47,591 nt of DNA, from contig CANQIN010000003.1 in assembly GCA_947623995.1 (NCBI GenBank), forward strand, positions 1 through 47,591, read 5' to 3'. This document shows positions 26,920 through 36,140 of the stretch, in pieces. The first letter of the stretch is position 1; the number at the start of each line of letters is the position of its first letter. This DNA is from an uncultured Bacilli bacterium (GTDB lineage: Bacteria; Bacillota_I; Bacilli_A; RF39; UBA660). The notes under the pieces were generated by a model. The model made no database searches. It was not told the origin of the DNA and saw only the letters and a list, made by a program, of their open reading frames with translations. The position numbers were made by a program, and so were the translations under genes.

Positions 26920-27498
26920 TTACTTAAGAAGGAAATGAAAAATATTAAGGATATGAGAACTTATTAAAAAAGAAATAAATTCAGCCGTAAAAGCTATAAA
27001 AATAAGTACTAAAGATAAACCAATCAATCTTAAGATAAATACTTCATTATCTTTTTTATACAAGATTCTTCCTATTACATTCCGACAAATCTCTAAGCAT
27101 TTAGGAAATAACAAAAATAGAAAGATTAAAAATAATAAATTAGTAAATAAAATAAAGAGTAAAGCAAATAAGAAACCATTTAATTTAAAAGTTAAAGAAA
27201 AAATAGTTATTAAAAAACCAATATTTAAACCTTCAATAAAAAATGTCATGGTAAATAATGGTATTCCAATTGCTAAAATACTAGATATTAATAAAAAACA
27301 TAAGATACTAAAATGACTTATTAAATTAATAAAAGTTAAACCTTTAATGTTACTTTTATATTGAGTTAATAGAGGTATAAAATCATTTTTAGTATTAAAA
27401 GCTATTACTACTCCCATAATTATTCCTAAAACTAATAAAACACTTATAAAAAGCATTATAGTACGGCGTTTTTTCATATATTTTACTATGACGTTCAC
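26920..27498 (-). CDS. spoIIM: Stage II sporulation protein M-like membrane protein
   Basis: Five TM helices with GIPL...EGLNIGF and AFTAE motifs. sigmaE-like promoter upstream. Start placed at GTG 27498 after AGGTGA. Confidence 0.7.
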   Translation of the reverse strand: MNVIVKYMKKRRTIMLFISVLLVLGIIMGVVIAFNTKNDFIPLLTQYKSNIKGLTFINLISHFSILCFLLISSILAIGIPLFTMTFFIEGLNIGFLITIFSLTFKLNGFLFALLFILFTNLLFLIFLFLLFPKCLEICRNVIGRILYKKDNEVFILRLIGLSLVLIFIAFTAEFISFLISSHILNIFHFLLK

Positions 27499-27514
27499 TA
27501 TTATCACCTAGTAA

Positions 27515-27543
27515 AGTTTATTTACAAAACCCCTATTTTATGA
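27515..27543 (-). promoter_or_regulatory. sigmaE-like promoter of spoIIM
   Basis: TCATAAA-N14-AATAAACT, the same -35 and spacing as the spoIVF promoter. Confidence 0.6.
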
Positions 27544-27565
27544 TAAATTTATAGTGGGTGAAATA

Positions 27566-27661
27566 ATGAAAAAGAAAACAAGACAAATAGTAACATGGAT
27601 TACTTTATTTATAATGGTTGGTGGCATAGTAGCAAGTATTGTTGCTTACACCTTACAATAG
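27566..27661 (+). CDS. Unannotated 31-aa membrane miniprotein (Prli42/DUF4044-like)
   Basis: Sequence MKKKTRQIVTWITLFIMVGGIVASIVAYTLQ. RBS GGGTGA and promoter TTTACA-N17-TAAATT (27521-27549). Confidence 0.75.
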   Translation: MKKKTRQIVTWITLFIMVGGIVASIVAYTLQ

Positions 27662-27726
27662 TGGTATGAATTACCATTCTTTTTTTTTACTTATAAGCCA
27701 TAATAGTATTAGGTAAGGTGATTTAA

Positions 27727-28704
27727 ATGAAAAAAGTATTAATCACATTAATTGCATTTTTAGGAATGCCTTTAAGTATTTTAGCCTATTCTAATAAGGT
27801 TGTTTTAGGTGGCGAAAATATTGGTATTCATATTGATACAAAAGGAATACTAGTTATTGGTTTTTATCAAGTAAATGGTAAAATATTAAAAGGTAATCCG
27901 GAAATTATGATTGGTGATGAAATAGTTAAAGTAAATGATAAAAATGTTAATTCAATTGATGAATTAACAACGGAAATTGAAAAAAATATCGTTAATAATG
28001 AAGTAAATTTAACTATTAAAAGAAATGATAATTTATTATCTACTACTCTACCCTTAGAACAAGTAGATGGCATCTATAAAACCGGATTATATGTTAAAGA
28101 TAATATAATGGGAATTGGAACATTAACTTATATTGATCCAGAAACTAAAATTTATGGAGCTTTAGGACATGAAGTATTAGAAAGTAAAACTCTAAAAATG
28201 GTTGAAGTAAAAACAGGTAGTATTTTTGAAAGTAATGTAACTTCAATAAAAAAAAGTACAGATGGAACAGCTGGAGAAAAGAACGCTAATTTTAAGTTTG
28301 AAAACACTTACGGCACGATAAATGAGAATACCACAAACGGAATATTTGGTAAATGGCAAAAACAAATAGATAGTAATACTATTGAAATAGCTGAACCTAA
28401 TGAAATAAAAATTGGGCCAGCTAAAATATATACCGTTTTAAATGGTAATGAAAAAAAAGAATATGATATAAATATTACATCTATTCAAGATTACAATGAT
28501 ACCAAAAATATGACATTTGAAATAAAAGATCAAGAATTAATTAATAAAGCAGGTGGTATTGTACAAGGTATGAGTGGTTCACCAATAGTTCAAAATAATA
28601 AATTGATTGGAGCAGTTACTCATGTTATAGTAGACCATCCAACAAATGGATATGCTATATTTATTACTACAATGCTAAAAAAAGGTGATAAAATAAACAA
28701 TTAA
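27727..28704 (+). CDS. spoIVB: SpoIVB serine peptidase (S55, PDZ domain)
   Basis: GGENIGI, a PDZ domain, GIGTLTYID, YGALGH, GGIVQGMSGSPI and GAVTHV. Confidence 0.95.
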   Translation: MKKVLITLIAFLGMPLSILAYSNKVVLGGENIGIHIDTKGILVIGFYQVNGKILKGNPEIMIGDEIVKVNDKNVNSIDELTTEIEKNIVNNEVNLTIKRNDNLLSTTLPLEQVDGIYKTGLYVKDNIMGIGTLTYIDPETKIYGALGHEVLESKTLKMVEVKTGSIFESNVTSIKKSTDGTAGEKNANFKFENTYGTINENTTNGIFGKWQKQIDSNTIEIAEPNEIKIGPAKIYTVLNGNEKKEYDINITSIQDYNDTKNMTFEIKDQELINKAGGIVQGMSGSPIVQNNKLIGAVTHVIVDHPTNGYAIFITTMLKKGDKINN

Positions 28705-28705
28705 A

Positions 28706-28746
28706 AAAGAAAGTATATGTTGATTAAAACTGTACTTTCTTTTTTT
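28706..28746. terminator. Bidirectional terminator
   Basis: aaaagaaagta / tactttctttt inverted repeat between convergent genes. Confidence 0.75.
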
Positions 28747-28747
28747 A

Positions 28748-30919
28748 TCATTCAAAACTTACACCTTGCCAAGATGAATGAGGTGGCCTTGGAGCATCAG
28801 TTCCACTAAACATACTAGTTATTACTACTGAAGGATTATGAGTAAAATTTTCACCATAATTAATATCTGTTAAATTACCATCAGTGATAAACATAGCGGA
28901 CATATCATTTACAAGATTTGTATCAAAATTACTAATATTTAAGTTTTGAAGATTACTCATAAAACCAAACATAACACGCATATTGGTTACATTACTAGTA
29001 TCAAAACTGCTTAAATTCAAAGAAGTTACTGGTAAACTCATAAACATGCTATCCATATTTGTAACATTACTTGTATTAACATTTTCTAAAATTAAACTAT
29101 TAAAATTTGAATTATTACTAAGCCCAGAATTAGAAGCAAAACTTTTTGCTATACTATCATTAAACTTCCAATTACTGATATTTAATTCAGTTAAACTATT
29201 CATGCTATAAAACATAGCCGTAGTACTAGTTAATTTAGTTGTATCAAACATACTCAAATCTAACGATGTAAGTCCAGAACAACCATTAAACATTGAAGCC
29301 ATATTAGTTACATTGCTTGTATCAAAACTATTTAAATCCAAACTTTGTAAATTGCTTAAGCCCAAAAATAAATTAGTCATATCTGTTACTTCATCTGTTT
29401 TAACGTTATTTAATATTATAGTTTGTAAAGATGAAGGAGCTCCAGGGCCAAAAGCATTCTCGCTTCCCCCAAACCCAATAGTAACCTTATTAAAATTCCA
29501 ATTACTTAAATTTAAAGTTTGTAATTTATTTGAACCAAAAATCATACCATTCATATTTACTAAATTATCAGTATCAAAAGCACTTAAATCTAGGGTTTCT
29601 AAATTGTTTAAATCAGAAAACATATTTTCTACAGTTGTAACATTTGCGGTATCAACATTATTTAAAATAATAGTTTTCAAAGGTATTTCTACATTATCAT
29701 ATGGTTGCAACCAAGTTACAGAAGAAAAATCTTTTGCAAGAGCATCATTTAATTTCCAGTTACTTAAATTTAATTCTTGTAATGATGCCATATTGCTAAA
29801 CATTTTAGCAATATTTATAACATGACTAGTATCAAAAGCACTCAAATCTAAGTTTGTTATTGAAGAACAATCTTTAAACATTTCAAACATATTCGAAACA
29901 TTTGATGTATTAAAACTTGATAAATCTATGGAAGACAGACTACTCATATTGTCAAACATATCCATCATAATAATTACATTACTAGTATCTAAATTTTCTA
30001 AACCAATTATATCAGTTACATTTGAATAACCATTAAATAAATTACTACTATCAGAATTTGCCTTAACTCCTCCATCTCCTTGTAAATATCCAACACAGTT
30101 TGCATCACCTATTTCACATACAACATAACTTTCGATACTATTATCTTGTTTTGCACTTTCATCAAATGGACCATATACTACTTTATTATCACTTGTTTTA
30201 CGTTTTTTACTATCTTCTATCACAATTTGTTTTATATTAATTTTATATTTCCACATTCCGTTACTATCAGAAGAACTTATTGTTCTTATTGTTCCTGCAT
30301 TAATAAATTTATCATTAGTATATTCTGTACTTAAAGTTATTTTTCCTTTCCAACTTGCATTCATATTTGCTTCTTCCATTGGTGTATTGGCATCCATATA
30401 TAATTGTAAATTAAAATTTTTTGTTTCTCCTTTTTTTAATGTAAAATTATATAGCTTATATGCATGTAATGAATCTTCTAAAACTTTATTTTCATCATTA
30501 TAGATACTTTCAATTAATTGTTTTACGCTATTTAAATTATTATGATAATCTGTTTCATAAAGTATTGCATTAATATATTGGTCTTGTAATTGTTTTTCTT
30601 CTCCAGCATTTAAACTTTCTAGGTTAATTGTTGCTGTAGCTAGTTCATTACATTCATTATGAATTGTAAAATGATACGGTGTTGCTGTACTTAAAAATTT
30701 ATCTAATTGTTCATTTGACATTGGATAGGCTTTAGGTAAATTAATATCATTTTCGCCAGTAAATGATATATTTAAACAAGCTGAATTAACAACGTTTTCG
30801 CCCGTTTGCTGTTTTGTTAGTATCCAATAGGCATATGTTACTCCTACAACTAATAATATTGTTCCTATTACTCCTAAAATCATTAAGATATATGTTCTAC
30901 TATTATTTTTCTTTTCCAT
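28748..30919 (-). CDS. Surface protein: SipW-type signal peptide, TasA-like N-domain and BspA/DUF285 leucine-rich repeats
   Basis: VGVTYAYW signal end. N-domain paralogous to the 8332 ORF. Repeated LDLSxFDTSNVTNMxxMF units. Confidence 0.9.
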   Translation of the reverse strand: MEKKNNSRTYILMILGVIGTILLVVGVTYAYWILTKQQTGENVVNSACLNISFTGENDINLPKAYPMSNEQLDKFLSTATPYHFTIHNECNELATATINLESLNAGEEKQLQDQYINAILYETDYHNNLNSVKQLIESIYNDENKVLEDSLHAYKLYNFTLKKGETKNFNLQLYMDANTPMEEANMNASWKGKITLSTEYTNDKFINAGTIRTISSSDSNGMWKYKINIKQIVIEDSKKRKTSDNKVVYGPFDESAKQDNSIESYVVCEIGDANCVGYLQGDGGVKANSDSSNLFNGYSNVTDIIGLENLDTSNVIIMMDMFDNMSSLSSIDLSSFNTSNVSNMFEMFKDCSSITNLDLSAFDTSHVINIAKMFSNMASLQELNLSNWKLNDALAKDFSSVTWLQPYDNVEIPLKTIILNNVDTANVTTVENMFSDLNNLETLDLSAFDTDNLVNMNGMIFGSNKLQTLNLSNWNFNKVTIGFGGSENAFGPGAPSSLQTIILNNVKTDEVTDMTNLFLGLSNLQSLDLNSFDTSNVTNMASMFNGCSGLTSLDLSMFDTTKLTSTTAMFYSMNSLTELNISNWKFNDSIAKSFASNSGLSNNSNFNSLILENVNTSNVTNMDSMFMSLPVTSLNLSSFDTSNVTNMRVMFGFMSNLQNLNISNFDTNLVNDMSAMFITDGNLTDINYGENFTHNPSVVITSMFSGTDAPRPPHSSWQGVSFE

Positions 30920-30979
30920 AGCAATCCTACTTTCTATATATATCTTAACATAATAATTAATGTTTAAACTAAATAATTA

Positions 30980-31011
30980 AAAAAATTTACATTTTTTGAT
31001 GTAAACTTTTT
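30980..31011 (-). terminator. Probable terminator after the CDF gene
   Basis: tttacat / atgtaaa inverted repeat with A/T runs. Confidence 0.55.
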
Positions 31012-31881
31012 CTATTTTTTAATATTCATTGGATTAACATGAATTACAGCTAAAGAAATAATATCTAATTTTGTTAATTCTTTTTCAATGTTATTGGCTA
31101 TTTCATGAGATTCAAAAGTTGACATATTACCATCAACAAAAATTGTTAAATTAACTTGAAATTGATAACCTATTGGTGTTGAATTAACATGATTTACTTT
31201 TAAAACTTCAGGATGTTTTTTTACTATTTCAATAACTTTTTCTTTAGTTTCTTCATCAATAGAACGATCCATTAATATTTTATATGCTTCAATAAAAATT
31301 TTTAAAGCACTATAAAGAATCCAAGAAGAAATAACAACCCCAATTAAACTATCTACCCAAAAAATGTTTTTCATTGCACAGATACTTGCAATTAAATTAC
31401 CACAAGTAAGTAAACAATCATTTTTATGGTCAATAGCATTTGATAAGATTAATAAATTGTTATATTTTTTTCCTACTTTTTTTGTATAAATATATAAAGC
31501 TAATTTTGTAATTATCGTAATAATACAAACAATAATTAAATAAATTGAAAAATGGTAATTACTTGATACAAAAAAAGATTTAAAAGAAACATAAAATAAA
31601 TTTAAACTAATATATATCATTGAAATAGCAATAAAGATGGAATAAATATATTCAGCTTTACCATAACCTAAATTATGTTTTAAATCACGTGGTCTTGAAG
31701 CAATTTTATTACCTACAAAGGTTAAAATAGATGAAAAAATATCTCCTGCACTATTAAAAGCGTCAGCAATCATTGCTTGACTGTGACTTACAAAAGCAAC
31801 TAGAAATTTAATTATTAGTAAAAATAAATTACCAAATATTCCTAAAATACTTACCTTTCTAGCTGTATCATATCTTTGCAT
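31012..31881 (-). CDS. Cation diffusion facilitator transporter (FieF-like)
   Basis: SQAMIADAFNS..D, GYGKAE, DHKND and a C-terminal dimerisation domain ESHEIA...IHVNP. Confidence 0.93.
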   Translation of the reverse strand: MQRYDTARKVSILGIFGNLFLLIIKFLVAFVSHSQAMIADAFNSAGDIFSSILTFVGNKIASRPRDLKHNLGYGKAEYIYSIFIAISMIYISLNLFYVSFKSFFVSSNYHFSIYLIIVCIITIITKLALYIYTKKVGKKYNNLLILSNAIDHKNDCLLTCGNLIASICAMKNIFWVDSLIGVVISSWILYSALKIFIEAYKILMDRSIDEETKEKVIEIVKKHPEVLKVNHVNSTPIGYQFQVNLTIFVDGNMSTFESHEIANNIEKELTKLDIISLAVIHVNPMNIKK

Positions 31882-31896
31882 TTTAAAAACCTCTTT

Positions 31897-33306
31897 TTAA
31901 TATTGTTTACCAAAGTATATTTTATGGGCTGCTTTTTTATTACAAACTACGCAGTTACCATCAGGAGTTTCTTCTTCTAAGATGCATCTGCTTTTTAGAC
32001 CAGTATCATCTTTAATTTTATTTTCACACTCTTCACTACCACACCAATTAATTTTAATAAATCCTGGTTTTTCTTTAGCAATTGTTTTAAATTCTTCATA
32101 ATCATGAGCTTCATATAACATACTATTTCTTCTTTCTAAAGCCCTGTTATACATATCTTTTTGAATGGTATCTAATAATTCTGTTATTTTATTTTTAACT
32201 TCACTAGTTTTAACTTTAATTTTTTCTAGGGTATCTCTTCTAACTAAAGTTACTTCATCATTTTCTAAGTCTCTTAAACCAACTTCAATTCTAATTGGAA
32301 TACCTTTTACTTCAGCTTCGGCGAATTTAAATCCTGGAGATTTATTACTATCATCTATTTCATAAGTAACATCTAAATCTTTAGTAATTTCACTTATTGT
32401 TTTAGTTACTTTTTCATCATCACCAATTGAAATAATAATAACTTTAGTAGGCGCGATTTTAGGAGGTAGGACTAGGCCATGATCATCTCCATGCGTCATT
32501 ATGATTGCCCCGATCATTCTTGTAGTTACTCCCCAGCTTGTTTGATATGGGGTTTGTAAATTATTATTTCTATCTAAGAAAGTAATATTAAAAGCTTTAG
32601 CAAAGTCTTGACCAAAATAATGACTTGTTCCATTTTGAAGTGCTACTCCATCATACATCATCGCTTCAATAGTATAGGTTTTAACGGCTCCTGCAAATTT
32701 TTCTTTTTCGGTTTTTAAGCCAACAATAACTGGTAAAGCTAAAATATTTCTTTGAAAGTCTTCATAGACATGAAGCATTTGTAAAGTTTCATTTAAAGCT
32801 TCTTCTTCCGTTTCATGCATGGTATGACCTTCTTGCCATAATATTTCTCTACTTCTTAAAAAAGGTCTAGTTGTTTTTTCCCATCTAACAATTGTACACC
32901 ATTGATTATATAATTTTGGTAAATCACGATATGATTTAATAACATTTTTATAATAATCACAAAATAAAACTTCACTTGTTGGTCTAACACACATTTTTTC
33001 TTCTAATTCTTCTTCTCCACCATGGGTTACCCAAGCAACTTCAGGTGCAAAGCCTTTTACATGGTTTTTTTCAACATTTAATAGTGATTCTGGAATAAAT
33101 AAAGGCATTTGAACATTTTGATGACCTAATTTTTTAAATTCAGCATCCATTATTTTTTGGATTTCTTCCCAAATTGCATAACCATTAGGACAAATAATCA
33201 TACTTCCTTTAATATTAGAATAACTAACTAAATTGGCAGCCATACATACATCAGTATACCATTTAGCAAAATCTTCATCTCTTGGTGTAATTTTAGTTAG
33301 TTTCAT
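31897..33306 (-). CDS. proS: Prolyl-tRNA synthetase (archaeal/eukaryote-like type)
   Basis: RPTSE, RWEKTTRPFLR, WQEGHT and QTSWG motifs, C-terminal zinc domain ending FGKQY. Confidence 0.98.
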   Translation of the reverse strand: MKLTKITPRDEDFAKWYTDVCMAANLVSYSNIKGSMIICPNGYAIWEEIQKIMDAEFKKLGHQNVQMPLFIPESLLNVEKNHVKGFAPEVAWVTHGGEEELEEKMCVRPTSEVLFCDYYKNVIKSYRDLPKLYNQWCTIVRWEKTTRPFLRSREILWQEGHTMHETEEEALNETLQMLHVYEDFQRNILALPVIVGLKTEKEKFAGAVKTYTIEAMMYDGVALQNGTSHYFGQDFAKAFNITFLDRNNNLQTPYQTSWGVTTRMIGAIIMTHGDDHGLVLPPKIAPTKVIIISIGDDEKVTKTISEITKDLDVTYEIDDSNKSPGFKFAEAEVKGIPIRIEVGLRDLENDEVTLVRRDTLEKIKVKTSEVKNKITELLDTIQKDMYNRALERRNSMLYEAHDYEEFKTIAKEKPGFIKINWCGSEECENKIKDDTGLKSRCILEEETPDGNCVVCNKKAAHKIYFGKQY

Positions 33307-33538
33307 CTTCTTCACCTTCATCTACTTTAAAATCAACTAATTCATTATTTTCATTTAAAATTTTATTAACTTGTTTAGTAGCATTATCTAATTTTTCTTG
33401 ACAAAATTTAACTAAATTCATTGCTGTAGTATATTTACTCATCGCGTCATCCAATGAAATATTACCACTTTCTAAATCTTTAACAATTTGTTCTAATTCA
33501 CTTAAAGCACTTTCAAATGTTTTATTTTTATCTTTCAT
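33293..33538 (-). CDS. xseB: Exodeoxyribonuclease VII small subunit
   Basis: FESALSELEQIVKDLESG.ISLD motif. Confidence 0.95.
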   Translation of the reverse strand: MKDKNKTFESALSELEQIVKDLESGNISLDDAMSKYTTAMNLVKFCQEKLDNATKQVNKILNENNELVDFKVDEGEEDETN

Positions 33539-34799
33539 TTTTACTCTCCTTTACAATAACATTTAAACTTCCTTTACTTAAAAGTATTTCTAGTTCATCT
33601 TTTACTTTAACATCACTAGCATCTTTAATTATCTTACCATCTTTTTTAACTAAAGAATAGCCATTATCTAAAATATTTAAGGGATTTAATAATTTTAAAG
33701 TTTGAATAATATATTTTAAACTATTTTGTTTATTAAGAATTATAATATTCGGATTTAAAATTATGTAATGCTCTTGATATTTTTTTAATAAAAATTCTTT
33801 TTTTTCAATTAATTTTTGATAACTATTATGTAAGTTTTCAATAATACCATCTAATTTTTGTAATTTTATATCGTATAGAACTGTTGGATTTTTTAAAATA
33901 TAATTATCTTTATTAATCTTTAAACGATGTCTTAAATTATCTAATTTATTAATCATGGCATTACTGGTTTTAATTTCATAAGTCTTTAAAATATTTTTAA
34001 CTTCTAATATTGTTGGTACGGCCATTTCTGCTGCTCCTGTAGGTGTTGGAGCTCTAAGGTCTGCTACATAATCAGAAATGGTAAAATCTACTTCATGACC
34101 TACAGCACTTATAATTGGAACTTTAGAGTTATAAATAGCTTTTGCGACAATTTCTTCATTAAAGGCCCATAAGTCTTCAATTGAGCCTCCACCTCTTCCG
34201 ATAATTAAAACATCAATATCATAATTATTAGCCATTTCAATTTGTTTAACAATACTTGGGGCAGCACTAGCACCTTGGACTAAAGCTGGAAATAAAATCG
34301 TTTCACATATCGGATATCTTCTTTTAATCGTACTTAAAATATCTTTAATTGCGGCTCCAGTAGGCGCGGTTACAATCCCTATTTTTTCTGGATATTTTGG
34401 TATCGGTCGTTTATGAGCTTGATCAAAATATCCTTCACTTTGTAATTTCTTTTTTAATTCTTCATATTTTAAATATAAATTACCTAAACCATCTTGTTCC
34501 ATTTTATCAATATATATTTGATAAGATCCACCAACTGGATAAACACTAATTCTTCCTTCTACTAAAACATTCATCCCATCTTCTGGTTTAAATAAAAGAT
34601 GTGCAGCACTACTTTTAAACATAATAGCACTTAATCTTGAATAATCGTCTTTTAAAGTCAAATAAATATGGCCTGTTGAATGAATTTTTAAATTACTAAT
34701 TTCTCCTTTAAGCCATATTTTTTTTAAATAAATATTTTTATCAAACATTAATTTAATATAATTATTTATTTGACTAATTGTTATATATTTTGGTTCCAT
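33528..34799 (-). CDS. xseA: Exodeoxyribonuclease VII large subunit
   Basis: GEISN, RGGGSIEDLWAFN, SAVGHEVD and RAPTPTGAAE motifs. Confidence 0.98.
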   Translation of the reverse strand: MEPKYITISQINNYIKLMFDKNIYLKKIWLKGEISNLKIHSTGHIYLTLKDDYSRLSAIMFKSSAAHLLFKPEDGMNVLVEGRISVYPVGGSYQIYIDKMEQDGLGNLYLKYEELKKKLQSEGYFDQAHKRPIPKYPEKIGIVTAPTGAAIKDILSTIKRRYPICETILFPALVQGASAAPSIVKQIEMANNYDIDVLIIGRGGGSIEDLWAFNEEIVAKAIYNSKVPIISAVGHEVDFTISDYVADLRAPTPTGAAEMAVPTILEVKNILKTYEIKTSNAMINKLDNLRHRLKINKDNYILKNPTVLYDIKLQKLDGIIENLHNSYQKLIEKKEFLLKKYQEHYIILNPNIIILNKQNSLKYIIQTLKLLNPLNILDNGYSLVKKDGKIIKDASDVKVKDELEILLSKGSLNVIVKESKNER

Positions 34800-34803
34800 T
34801 TAA

Positions 34804-35208
34804 TCAACTTCTTTTCTCTTCTTTTTTTAAATATTTATCTAAAGTAGCATTAATCATTTTAGCAAGTTCTTCATCACAATATTTTTTAGTTAAATTAATT
34901 GCTTCATCAATAGCTACAACATCAGGAGTATCAGAGTATTTTATTTCATAAAAAGCCATTTTTAAGATAATTGCTCCTAATTTATCTAAACGATTTATTT
35001 TCCAATCTTTTAAATAATTATTAGCAAGTTCTTCTAATTCTTCATTTTTTTCTATAACACCTTTTACTAAACTTTCAACAAATTGATCTTTTTTATTAAT
35101 ATTTTCATTAATAATATCATCTAGTTTATACGGTATATGATTATCATTATTAATACTAATTTGATATAAAATGGTCATTACTTTAGCTCTTGCTTCACTT
35201 CTAGTCAT
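34804..35208 (-). CDS. nusB: Transcription antitermination factor NusB
   Basis: RSEAR...LYQ, VAIDEAINL.K and INATLD motifs. Confidence 0.95.
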   Translation of the reverse strand: MTRSEARAKVMTILYQISINNDNHIPYKLDDIINENINKKDQFVESLVKGVIEKNEELEELANNYLKDWKINRLDKLGAIILKMAFYEIKYSDTPDVVAIDEAINLTKKYCDEELAKMINATLDKYLKKEEKRS

Positions 35209-35320
35209 AATTTCACCAACTTTCTTATTAATTTTATCAAATAATAAATAATATTACTAGAAATAATTTATTATTATTGTTCAAAATCTTAAAAAGTGAT
35301 AGAGTAATATTGTGATAGAT

Positions 35321-36121
35321 ATGAAGAAAAAAAGAAAGTTTAGATGGTCATCATTAATTATTTTAATTGCTTTATTAGTTTTTATATATTCAAGTTTTAA
35401 AATTATTAATTGGTTTATTGATAATCACAAAAATAATAAAATTATGAATGATATAACCGATCAAATTACTATTAATGAGGAAGTAAGTGAAAATGTTATT
35501 CAAAATGAAGAAGAAATAAAAGAAGATGATCCATATTGGTATTTTATTAAGATGAATTTAATGGATGTTGATTTAACTAATTTAATTTCTATTAATAATG
35601 ATACAGTTGGGTGGTTAAAAGTTTTAGGCACTAATATTAATTATCCTTTTGTACAAGCAAGTGATAACAATTATTATTTAACTCATGATTTTTATAAACA
35701 CCATAATAATGCTGGTTGGGTATTTTTAGATTATCGAAATAATAAAGAATTAAATAATCAAAATAATATTATTTATGCTCATGGAAGAGCTAATGAAACA
35801 ATGTTTGGTAGTTTAAAAAATGTTTTAGCTAATGATTGGCTTAATAATCAAAATAATTTTGTTATTGAAGTATCTACTAAAGATAAAAATAGTTTATGGC
35901 AAGTATTTTCTGTTTATAAAGTTCCTAATACAAATGATTATATTGAAACAAAGTTTAATAATGAAGATGATTTTAATAATTTTATTAATAAATTAATTAA
36001 CCGAAGTATTTATGATTTTAAAACAACTGTTAATAAAAATGATCATATTCTTACTTTATCTACTTGTTATAATGATAATATTAAAGTTGTATTGCATGCT
36101 AAATTAATTAAAACTAGTTAA
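35321..36121 (+). CDS. srtB: Class B sortase
   Basis: N-terminal TM, INYPFVQ..DN.YYL.H, G.VFLDYRN, IIYAH...MFGSL and LTLSTC. Confidence 0.9.
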   Translation: MKKKRKFRWSSLIILIALLVFIYSSFKIINWFIDNHKNNKIMNDITDQITINEEVSENVIQNEEEIKEDDPYWYFIKMNLMDVDLTNLISINNDTVGWLKVLGTNINYPFVQASDNNYYLTHDFYKHHNNAGWVFLDYRNNKELNNQNNIIYAHGRANETMFGSLKNVLANDWLNNQNNFVIEVSTKDKNSLWQVFSVYKVPNTNDYIETKFNNEDDFNNFINKLINRSIYDFKTTVNKNDHILTLSTCYNDNIKVVLHAKLIKTS

Positions 36122-36140
36122 AAAAAGAAGCTTTTGCTTC

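Noticed and set aside
27661-27710. sigmaF/sigmaG promoter for spoIVB (CATAATA at 27699)
   Set aside because: No matching -35 at 15-18 bp. The upstream bases are a hairpin and T-run that probably terminate the miniprotein gene.
28983-30334. Plus-strand ORFs of 75, 170 and 62 aa
   Set aside because: Antisense shadows of the LRR gene.
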